A stretch of 64,000 bases of DNA from Spirochaetia bacterium (lineage in GTDB: Bacteria > Spirochaetota > Spirochaetia > DSM-2461): the NCBI GenBank assembly GCA_963668315.1, contig OY764216.1:1728001-1792000 (forward strand). The letters are read 5' to 3'. Both the position numbers and the translations under genes were made by a program. Positions 8,752 to 16,884 of this stretch are shown one piece after another (positions within the stretch are counted from its first letter, which is position 1; each line of letters begins with the position of its first letter). The notes under the pieces were generated by a model that did not search any database, was not told the origin of the DNA, and saw only the letters and a list, made by a program, of their open reading frames with translations.

Positions 8752-10626
8752 ATGGCCAAACAGAAGTTTAAAACCGAAGTTGATCAATTGCTCAATCTGC
8801 TTATTCACTCCCTCTACTCCCATCCCGAGATATTTCTGCGTGAGCTGATTTCCAACTCTTCCGATGCTCTTGATAAGCTTAAATATCTGACTTTGACCGA
8901 TGAAAAGTTTAAAAATCTGGAGTTCGATCCCCGGATCGATATCGAGATAGACGAAGTGAATCACAAAACCCTGTCCATATCCGACTGCGGTATCGGTATG
9001 AACAAGGACGATCTGGTGGATTCCCTGGGTACCATTGCCCGGTCGGGAACGAAAAACTTCCTTTCAAGCCTTTCGGGCGACGCCAAGAAAGACTCCAACC
9101 TTATCGGACAGTTCGGAGTGGGATTCTACTCCATCTTCATGGTCGCCGACAAGGTTGACGTCATTACCAGAAAAGCCGGTGAGGATCAGGCCTGGAAATG
9201 GTCGAGCGACGGTAAAACCGGATTCTCCATAACCGAAGCGGAAAGGGAGTCCGCCGGTACGACCGTTATCCTCTACCTGAATGATCAGGGACGTGAAATG
9301 GATTCCCAGTGGGAAATCAAAAACATCACGAAAAAATATTCCAACCACATTGCTTTCCCCATTTTCCTCCACTACGAGAAGACCGAATGGGAAGGGGAAG
9401 GGGAGGACCGGACGTCCAAACAGGTTCCCACCACGGAACAGATCAACTCGGCCAGTGCCCTCTGGCGGAGAAACAAATCGGACATTACCGACGAGGAATA
9501 TACGGAGTTCTATAAATCCGTGTCCGATGCCTGGGATGAGCCGATGATGACCGTCCATACCAAGGCAGAGGGTACCATGGAGTACACCACCCTGTTCTTC
9601 GTTCCCAAAACGGCCCCCATGGATATGTTTCAGGCCGATTACAAGCCGGGGGTCAAACTCTATGTGAGAAGGGTTTTCATCACCGACGACGATAAGGAAC
9701 TCATGCCCTCCTATCTGCGGTTCGTCAAGGGTGTCATCGATTCGGAAGATCTTCCCCTGAATGTCAGCCGTGAACTTCTCCAGAAAAACAAGGTCCTGGC
9801 CAACATTAAAACAGCCAGCACCAAGAAGATGCTCGCCGAGTTCAAGAAACTCTCCGAGGACAAAGAGAAATATGCCGAATTCATCGACCAGTACAACCGC
9901 CCCCTTAAGGAAGGTCTCTACTCCGATTTCTCAAATAAGGAAGTTCTCATGGACCTGGTGCGCTTCAAATCCACCACGGAAGAGGGCTGGGTCTCCCTGG
10001 CCGAGTACAAGGAGCGGATGAAGGAAGATCAGAAGGCAATTTACTACATCGCCGGCGAAAAAGAGGAACAGCTGCGCAAGTCTCCCCTCCTGGAAGCCTA
10101 TGCCAAGAAGGGAATTGAAGTACTAATCATGGCCGACGAGATCGATGAGATTGTCATCCCCATGGCAGGTCCCTATCAGGAAACCGAGCTTAAGGCCATT
10201 AATAAATCCAATGCCGCCGACGACCTGAAGGACGAGGAGGACGAGAAGAAGGAAAAAGCCGTAGAGCCCGTGGTCAAGAAGATCAAAAAGGCTCTGGGTG
10301 ATGCGGTGAAAGATGTGAAAGCATCCAGCCGTCTCCATGAATCGCCCTGCTGTATCGTGGCCGATGAGAACGATCCCAGCGCGCAGATGCGTCAGATGAT
10401 GGCCGCCATGGGGCAGGCCGGGAACCTTCCCGAGATTCAGCCGATTCTGGAGATCAATCCGGATCACGAAATGGTAAAAAAACTGGCCGATACAAAGGAC
10501 AAACAGGTCATCGAAGATGTTTCCTGGGTTCTCCTGGGGCAGGCTATGCTCCTGGAAGGTCATGAGCTCAAGGATGCGAGCGATTTCGCCGCGCGTCTGA
10601 ACCGACTGGTTACCGGAACTCTTTAG
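8752..10626 (+). CDS. htpG: Molecular chaperone HtpG (Hsp90)
   Basis: HSLYS..EIFLRELISN, IGQFGVGFYS, DSEDLPLNVSRE, LEINPDH. Confidence 0.97.
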   Translation: MAKQKFKTEVDQLLNLLIHSLYSHPEIFLRELISNSSDALDKLKYLTLTDEKFKNLEFDPRIDIEIDEVNHKTLSISDCGIGMNKDDLVDSLGTIARSGTKNFLSSLSGDAKKDSNLIGQFGVGFYSIFMVADKVDVITRKAGEDQAWKWSSDGKTGFSITEAERESAGTTVILYLNDQGREMDSQWEIKNITKKYSNHIAFPIFLHYEKTEWEGEGEDRTSKQVPTTEQINSASALWRRNKSDITDEEYTEFYKSVSDAWDEPMMTVHTKAEGTMEYTTLFFVPKTAPMDMFQADYKPGVKLYVRRVFITDDDKELMPSYLRFVKGVIDSEDLPLNVSRELLQKNKVLANIKTASTKKMLAEFKKLSEDKEKYAEFIDQYNRPLKEGLYSDFSNKEVLMDLVRFKSTTEEGWVSLAEYKERMKEDQKAIYYIAGEKEEQLRKSPLLEAYAKKGIEVLIMADEIDEIVIPMAGPYQETELKAINKSNAADDLKDEEDEKKEKAVEPVVKKIKKALGDAVKDVKASSRLHESPCCIVADENDPSAQMRQMMAAMGQAGNLPEIQPILEINPDHEMVKKLADTKDKQVIEDVSWVLLGQAMLLEGHELKDASDFAARLNRLVTGTL

Positions 10627-10676
10627 GCATCCGGCTCTCCGGACGTGAATATTTCCCGGGGAGTTTTATATAAACC

Positions 10677-10708
10677 GGACCGCTTTCTCTGGAGGGCGGT
10701 CCTTTTTT
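10677..10708 (+). terminator. Intrinsic terminator after htpG
   Basis: GGACCGCTTTC-TCTG-GAGGGCGGTCC followed by T6. Confidence 0.75.
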
Positions 10709-12863
10709 ATTGCAGCGGGATCCTGCTCTCAAGCTTACTGAGCAGATCCCGGGTATATTCATTCAGGTCGGCAATCTCCTCTTCGGGAATGCGGAATCCC
10801 ACCGCCCCGGGATGACCGCCCCCGTTCTTTATCTGGAAATGCTCAAGAAGATCCCTGAGGTCCAGGGTCTGGAAGCTGTGACTCCGGCGGATCTTGAACT
10901 GTATCAGACCGCTTTCCCTCTGATCGTCGGCATAGGCGATCAGACCGAGAAAGCCGCTCTCCTCGGCCAGGGAATCGGCGAGATAACGGGTGACCGTCAC
11001 AATCGTCTCATGGTCGAATTCACCCGCAATGACTTCCATATCCTCCGGGGGGATCACGACGGAACCGACGGGGGAGGGAGAAGGGCTTTTGTACCGGCTC
11101 ATTGCATGAAGGCAGCTGTCTTCCCGGTTGGAAAGGCTCTGCATCTCACGGAAAATCTCATTCATGGAGGAAAAATTACTCGATCCCGTGTGGGTTTTCC
11201 TTGCAAGCATCTGGTTGAAAACTTTGCTGAAAAGATCGTAAAACCAACGTTCCCTGGGGGTTTTTATGAACTGTCCCATCTTGGTGTCACCCACGATGCC
11301 GGTGAGGACGGAAAGAACAAAATTCCTTGAGAAAACATCGTAGAAGGCATACTTCTTCCTTAGATCTTTCCGGTTATTCAGTTTACACCCGATCATAGCC
11401 ACCAGTTCGCTGGAAGACGCCGATTCATCCACCAGCCGCAGATCCGGATCGCCTATAAAACCGCTGTCCGCTTCGAGATGATGATCTATCTCCACGACGG
11501 GAACTCCGGGATCGGCTATCATCTCCTCATCCCCGGGAAAGGTCTGTCTCATGGAGGACTTGGGCGTATCCATGATAAAAAGTGTAGAAATCCCCTGCGG
11601 CCGGGGTGCGTCATGGTAGAGGATCTCGATAGAGTTATGTCTGGCTATTTTGACCAGATAGAGATATTTTCTATTCAGCGTACGGGGTATCAACAGGTAA
11701 ACTCTTTTCCTGAAATCCCGGATAAGCAGGGCCATGGCGACCTGGGAGGAGATACAGTCTTCATCGGGATTCAAGTGGCCCGCCACCAGGAAGTTATCCC
11801 TCCCGTCTATCAGATCCAGTATCCTGTGGATGATCCGGTTCCGGGCGGCAATGCTCCCAAGGGGATGTTTGGTCTGGCTGGCGACTGAACTCTGCCAGAT
11901 CACCGCACGGCCCCGTCCCGCTTCTTTTGCCAGATAGACCGCCTGATCCGCCCTTTCCCAGAGCAGTTTCCTGTCCTTTCCATGTACGGGATATCCGGCA
12001 ATTCCTACGCTGGCCGACACAGTTTTCAGGTCACCTTCCAGATCATGGAGAAGATCGATTTTTTTCAATTCTTCTATCATCTCTGTACAGAGTTCACAGG
12101 CCTTTTCAGGCTGAGTGTCGGGAAGGATGAAGGTGAACTCATCGCCGCCGTAACGGCATAGAATATCGCTCTTTCTGAACACCCTGTGAAAAATCTCCAC
12201 GGCCTTCAGCAGCACCTTATCGCCCTGATCCTGTCCGTAAAGATTATTCAATGTCCCGAAATGGTCCAGATCCAGCATCACAAGGGACAGGGGCTGCTCT
12301 CTTTCTTCCGCTTCCCTCAGCCGTCCGTCCACAGACTGATCAAGAAAACGTCTGTTGTAGAGACCAGTGAAATCATCGGTTATCGCCCGGGCCCGGGCCT
12401 GATCTCCCCAGGTGACCATATCCGAAAGGAATGCGCCGGTCACCTGCAGACGGCCCGAAGTCGTATTCAGCATGCTCTGCATGATCCCGATACCCGCCCG
12501 GGGACGGCTCTGTATATATCTGTAAAAATCCTCGCCTTTCAGGCGAAGGAGGCGGGAAGCGGATTTGGGAACACAGGTCGCGGAACGGGGGGCATTGTCG
12601 AAGATGGACATCTCACCGAAAAAATGGCCCTCCGTGATCTCCGCCAGTTCCAGAGTTTCTCCGTCCTGGGTCTCTATGGTAATTCCTACCGAGCCGGACA
12701 GGATGATATAAAGGGCATCCCCCGCATCACCCTCATGAAAAACGGGTGTTCCCGCAGGGAAACTCAGGTTCTTCATCATGTCGTAAAGCTCTTTCAGCTC
12801 TTCTGCAGTGAGAGCCTTCAGCATTTCAAAGGAACCCAGGATTTCAATCGGATCGGATGTCAC
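10707..12863 (-). CDS. cNMP-binding + GGDEF + DHH/DHHA1 phosphoesterase fusion protein
   Basis: FFGEMSIFDNAPRSAT (cNMP); LDLDHF, RKSD-x5-GGDEF; GHLNPDED, MDT, IDHH, GDT, GGGHPGA (DHH/DHHA1). Confidence 0.88.
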   Translation of the reverse strand: MTSDPIEILGSFEMLKALTAEELKELYDMMKNLSFPAGTPVFHEGDAGDALYIILSGSVGITIETQDGETLELAEITEGHFFGEMSIFDNAPRSATCVPKSASRLLRLKGEDFYRYIQSRPRAGIGIMQSMLNTTSGRLQVTGAFLSDMVTWGDQARARAITDDFTGLYNRRFLDQSVDGRLREAEEREQPLSLVMLDLDHFGTLNNLYGQDQGDKVLLKAVEIFHRVFRKSDILCRYGGDEFTFILPDTQPEKACELCTEMIEELKKIDLLHDLEGDLKTVSASVGIAGYPVHGKDRKLLWERADQAVYLAKEAGRGRAVIWQSSVASQTKHPLGSIAARNRIIHRILDLIDGRDNFLVAGHLNPDEDCISSQVAMALLIRDFRKRVYLLIPRTLNRKYLYLVKIARHNSIEILYHDAPRPQGISTLFIMDTPKSSMRQTFPGDEEMIADPGVPVVEIDHHLEADSGFIGDPDLRLVDESASSSELVAMIGCKLNNRKDLRKKYAFYDVFSRNFVLSVLTGIVGDTKMGQFIKTPRERWFYDLFSKVFNQMLARKTHTGSSNFSSMNEIFREMQSLSNREDSCLHAMSRYKSPSPSPVGSVVIPPEDMEVIAGEFDHETIVTVTRYLADSLAEESGFLGLIAYADDQRESGLIQFKIRRSHSFQTLDLRDLLEHFQIKNGGGHPGAVGFRIPEEEIADLNEYTRDLLSKLESRIPLQ

Positions 12864-13888
12864 GGCTGCTTCTCCTTTTTTCTGTATACGAGTATACGGC
12901 TCCCCCCCCGCTGACGGCCCTCCAGGGGAAGCTCGTGGGTGAGGCGGATCAGTTTCTCCCCATCTGTGGAGATGTCGGGGTAGATTCCTATTCCCACGCT
13001 GGCTGTCATTTGAAAGGGATCGGATCCGATAACCGGAGACAGATCCAGGGAGCTGATGCAGGTCTGAATGGCCTGGGCCGTGGCATAGGCTTCCCTCCGG
13101 TCCCTGCCGTAGAGGATAACCGCCATGGCGTTTCCCTTGTACCGGGCGGTGCGGTTGTCGTCGCCTATCAAATCCCTCAGACCCTTTGCCATGATGCGGA
13201 TAGCCCTGTCCCCTGCCTCGTGACCGTAGCTGTCGTTGAGTTCCTTGAAATTATCCGGCTTGGAGATAAGCAGGGTCAAGGGAGCGCCCGATTTGTGTAT
13301 ATGATCGCGCAGGGTTTCTGTCAGGTAATTCTGATTGTATATGCCGGTCAGTTTATCGCGGTAGACCTGTTTCTTGAGTTCCTGTACCAGAGGGGAATTC
13401 TCTTTCACCAGGTCATTCGCCCGGCGGATACGGTCGGAAACCAAGACAAGAAGCCTATGGAGAATCTGAGCCGCGATCAGGGAGCGGGACTCGAAAAAAT
13501 CCTGAATATCCATGCCCTTTTTGGGAAAGCGCAGCACTTCCGTCTCTTTGCTGGCCAGGGCATCGGCTTTTCGCTGTTCTCCGCAGAACAGGTCCAGTTC
13601 GCCGAAGCTGCTTCCCGGAATGTATCGGGCCAGATGGATCTCGGGACCTTCGGAATATTCCTCTGCTTTCCGAACGACCAACTCGCCGGATTCAACGATA
13701 AACAAGGCGTCCCCCGGATCGCCCTCCGAAAAGAGCAGATCACCCGAATTGAGTTCTATGTATTCGCAGAAGGGAATCAGTTCTCTCAGTTCCCCGGGTT
13801 TAAGCTCGCTGAATATGTTAATCTGCCTGAGTAGATTGGCCGTGTCTGAAGGATCTTTCTGTTTCATGGATGTAATCAATATATCCAT
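12860..13888 (-). CDS. cNMP-binding + degenerate GGDEF protein
   Basis: FGELDL...RKA (cNMP); DKLTGIYN, DNFKELNDSYGHEAGD, GGDEF replaced by KGNAM; GTGA overlap with the downstream gene; start may be 13867. Confidence 0.85.
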   Translation of the reverse strand: MDILITSMKQKDPSDTANLLRQINIFSELKPGELRELIPFCEYIELNSGDLLFSEGDPGDALFIVESGELVVRKAEEYSEGPEIHLARYIPGSSFGELDLFCGEQRKADALASKETEVLRFPKKGMDIQDFFESRSLIAAQILHRLLVLVSDRIRRANDLVKENSPLVQELKKQVYRDKLTGIYNQNYLTETLRDHIHKSGAPLTLLISKPDNFKELNDSYGHEAGDRAIRIMAKGLRDLIGDDNRTARYKGNAMAVILYGRDRREAYATAQAIQTCISSLDLSPVIGSDPFQMTASVGIGIYPDISTDGEKLIRLTHELPLEGRQRGGSRILVYRKKEKQP

Positions 13889-14045
13889 AACCAGGGGGAA
13901 AAACCATATTGGGCGTTAATTCCTGTAAATATAAAAAATCCCGCAGACGGCCTGTGCCGTAACGGCCTATGTCGGCACCGGAGCTGAAAGGAGAATACTG
14001 ACTTTTTTCCTGTTATGTGATAAAACAGTCCTAAGGAGAAGTATT

Positions 14046-14567
14046 ATGGATTTGGATAAAGTTATACGCAAGGTGCCCGATTTTCCCGCCAAGGGCATTC
14101 TTTTCTACGATATCACCAGTGTCATCGGTAATCCAGGGGCTTTCAGTTACTGCATAGACAAAATGGTGGAGCTGTACAGCAATAAGAAGATCGATGCGGT
14201 TGCCGGTGTGGAATCGCGGGGATTTATTTTCGCCGCTCCCTTTGCCGAACGGATGGGAATACCCCTTATCCTTATCCGCAAGGCGGGAAAGCTTCCCGGT
14301 ACGACTCTGAAAGCCGCCTATTCTCTGGAGTACGGCAAGGCGGAGATCGAAGTGCATCAGGCCGATGTGCCCCAGGGAGGCAATGTCCTTCTGATCGATG
14401 ACCTTCTGGCCACGGGAGGAACTCTCGAGGCGGCGGCCCGTATTCTCAGAGACGGCGGCGCCCGGGTCGAGAATATCTTCGGTGTGATCGGCCTGCCCTT
14501 TTTGGGATTCAAGGAAAAACTCGAAGGTATCGATGTGACGACTCTCATCGATTACGACAGCGAGTAA
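14046..14567 (+). CDS. apt: Adenine phosphoribosyltransferase
   Basis: IRKVPDFP..GILFYDIT, ESRGF, RKAGKLPG, YSLEYG, IDDLLATGGT. Confidence 0.96.
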   Translation: MDLDKVIRKVPDFPAKGILFYDITSVIGNPGAFSYCIDKMVELYSNKKIDAVAGVESRGFIFAAPFAERMGIPLILIRKAGKLPGTTLKAAYSLEYGKAEIEVHQADVPQGGNVLLIDDLLATGGTLEAAARILRDGGARVENIFGVIGLPFLGFKEKLEGIDVTTLIDYDSE

Positions 14568-14584
14568 ATTCTCTCCCCGCCGGG

Positions 14585-14860
14585 TCAGAGAACCTTGACT
14601 CCCGCCCGGTTGTCTATCATGACCTCCAGACCGAAAATGGTGTCTTCGCTTATGTAGTCGGGCAGGTCTCCCTTGAGTACCCCCAGTGAGGCGTGATAGG
14701 CTCTGATGATCCTCCAGGTGTTCATGGACATGATGACCTGAGTGCCGGAGAGGCCCGCATGGAGCCGTTCCGTTTTCTGCCGGTATATTTCGACTATCAG
14801 CTCTTCCGGCCGCGGTTCATCCGGCTGACTTTCTGATACATGGCGTGGGCTTCCTTCCAT
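14585..14860 (-). CDS. Small hypothetical protein
   Basis: Fills the gap at the end of a minus-strand operon; protein-like composition; 64-nt overlap with the TPR gene makes the start uncertain. Confidence 0.55.
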   Translation of the reverse strand: MEGSPRHVSESQPDEPRPEELIVEIYRQKTERLHAGLSGTQVIMSMNTWRIIRAYHASLGVLKGDLPDYISEDTIFGLEVMIDNRAGVKVL

Positions 14861-15333
14861 TTCTTCCTCTCCCCGAGCATTTCATAGGTATCCCTCAGGT
14901 TAAACCAGCTGTCCTCCCAGTCGGAATCCAGATTTACGGAGGTTCTGAAGCACTCCTCCGCCTGTTCATATTGGTCTTTCTGGAAAAAATAGACACCCCG
15001 GTTGTTCCAGGCTACGCTGTGGGTGGGATCCAGCTCCAGCGCCCTGTCGTAGGAGGACAGAGCCTCTTCCCGCCTGTCTGACCGGTAGAGGCATAACCCC
15101 AGGTCGTTGTGGAAATCGGCCTCATCCTCTTTCAGCTCGATGGCTTTCTCCAGAAGTTCCCGGGCCGTATCGTAGTCCTCTTTCCTGATGAAAACAAGGG
15201 CCATATTATAGATAATGCGCGGATTGGCCGGTTCCAGTTCCAAAGCGGTTGTAAAGGCCAGCAGGGCCTTGTCGTACTTACCCGATTCGGAGAGACGGAT
15301 TCCTTCGCTGTTCAGTTGATCGGCGGATACCAT
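14797..15333 (-). CDS. Tetratricopeptide repeat protein
   Basis: Several 34-aa TPR units (ALELEP, YDRALELDP..AWNNRG). Confidence 0.9.
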   Translation of the reverse strand: MVSADQLNSEGIRLSESGKYDKALLAFTTALELEPANPRIIYNMALVFIRKEDYDTARELLEKAIELKEDEADFHNDLGLCLYRSDRREEALSSYDRALELDPTHSVAWNNRGVYFFQKDQYEQAEECFRTSVNLDSDWEDSWFNLRDTYEMLGERKKWKEAHAMYQKVSRMNRGRKS

Positions 15334-15350
15334 AGTATCCTTTTCGGCAT

Positions 15351-16073
15351 TTAGAAGGCCCAGATAAATGAAAAGCTGATGGGGGTGGGATAGGGAACCC
15401 AGTCACTGTTGCTGGAAGGTGCCCAGTCGGATGTCCAGAAAGGAGAGTAGGAGAAGAAGGTGATGGTCCTGTCTATGATGTCGTCCCGGTAGTACTCCTC
15501 ATCCCAGCGGAGGCCCAGCCTCAGGGCTTCCATCCAGATGCGAACATGTAATCGGCTGAAAGGGTTTACTTCAAATCCCAGGGGAATATCCACCGTTCCT
15601 GTTATGGCGCCCCGTCCGGGGTCGAAGTTGTATCCCGTGGGCGAGCTGGAGCCCCACTGGGGAAAAATGACCAGGAACTCCGTTCTGAAGCCGGAAAGGA
15701 CATTGATCGCCCGGGATTCGACAAAGGTCCAGTAGAATCCCGACCCCAGCCCGACGCTCAGTCTGTTCAGGTCGGTATGGACGGTGTCGGTATTTACAAT
15801 CAGTTCCTCGTTGGAATCCTTCTCGTAGCGTACGAGCAGATAGGGCGCGAACTCCAGATTGTTTTCTGTCTGATAGTGAAGGGTAGGCATCAGGGTCATA
15901 TCCCACTTAAAGGCCCCCTCGCCGTTATCTGAATAAAGGGCCGAATAGAGCCTTGTTTCCATTCCGAAGCCTTTTTTAATCAGCCCCTGCCCTTTCTCCT
16001 TCCCGTCCTCTGCCGTTACAAGGAAGAGGGGCGTGAGAAAAAACATAAGGAGAACGAGGCGTTTACTAAGCAT
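15351..16073 (-). CDS. Putative outer-membrane beta-barrel protein
   Basis: Signal peptide, amphipathic beta-strands, C-terminal ISFSFIWAF. Confidence 0.6.
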   Translation of the reverse strand: MLSKRLVLLMFFLTPLFLVTAEDGKEKGQGLIKKGFGMETRLYSALYSDNGEGAFKWDMTLMPTLHYQTENNLEFAPYLLVRYEKDSNEELIVNTDTVHTDLNRLSVGLGSGFYWTFVESRAINVLSGFRTEFLVIFPQWGSSSPTGYNFDPGRGAITGTVDIPLGFEVNPFSRLHVRIWMEALRLGLRWDEEYYRDDIIDRTITFFSYSPFWTSDWAPSSNSDWVPYPTPISFSFIWAF

Positions 16074-16756
16074 TATTTATTCCCGAAATAGTAGATGCCA
16101 GCCAGGGAGACAATGGCCATGTTGTCGCTGTCCAGGAAGGGGAAAGTCGATTCGAAAATCCCCGATGAATCCTCTCCGTCATCATAGCTGTTCCTGTCAT
16201 AATGGTATCCGATCTTAACCACATCCGCCGTCAGACGGAGGGTGAAATCCCTCGTCAGGATAAAATCCATGGCCAGGGGTACATAGCCCTGGATATCAAA
16301 GGTACTGTTCTCGGCGTCCGCTGAAGATGTACCCTCCGGGGCTCCGTCGCCCATCTGGTGCAGGCCGAAGAGAAACTCCCCCCTGAGACCGGTGACAAGA
16401 TCGATTCTCCAGGTCTTGAGAAAGTGCCAGAGAAGGGAGGCTCCTCCTCCCAGGGATATGCGGTAGACATCGTCATCAATGGAGCCGCTTATGCTGTCCG
16501 TATCATCCTCCCATTCCACGCCGAATGTCAGAAAGGGAACGAATTCAGTCTCCTTTTCCGGCTCAATGAAAAAATGGAGGGAAGGCTGAAGGAATAACTG
16601 CGACCGGGATGCTTTAAAGGTATCGCCGTTCGCGTCCGTATCACGTAAAACGGTACTGGAAAAATTCAGGTTTAAACCGGCGCCGTCGATTTCTCCTATC
16701 TCCGCCCATAATGAGGCCGCCAGGGCAAAAAACAAAGGCGCGAGGTACTTTCTCAT
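16073..16756 (-). CDS. Putative outer-membrane beta-barrel protein (paralog of neighbour)
   Basis: Signal peptide, amphipathic strands ending LAGIYYF; segment similarity to 15351-16073. Confidence 0.62.
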   Translation of the reverse strand: MRKYLAPLFFALAASLWAEIGEIDGAGLNLNFSSTVLRDTDANGDTFKASRSQLFLQPSLHFFIEPEKETEFVPFLTFGVEWEDDTDSISGSIDDDVYRISLGGGASLLWHFLKTWRIDLVTGLRGEFLFGLHQMGDGAPEGTSSADAENSTFDIQGYVPLAMDFILTRDFTLRLTADVVKIGYHYDRNSYDDGEDSSGIFESTFPFLDSDNMAIVSLAGIYYFGNK

Positions 16757-16884
16757 GGTTCCATCCTTCCTTGGGTCGACATAATGATTTATTATACCGG
16801 AAAAAAGGAGAAAAAACCGGAAGCCTCCGCTCTTTCGGGAACTTTTTCTACCCTTTTTACCGAGAAATAACTATTATATAAGGT

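Noticed and set aside
12190..12290. Hypr (cGAMP-producing) GGDEF assignment for the fusion protein
   Set aside because: The specificity position is Asp (..QGD), not Ser/Thr
13889..14045. c-di-GMP riboswitch upstream of the GGDEF operon
   Set aside because: No GGCAAAC/GCAAA class I or class II consensus recognised on either strand
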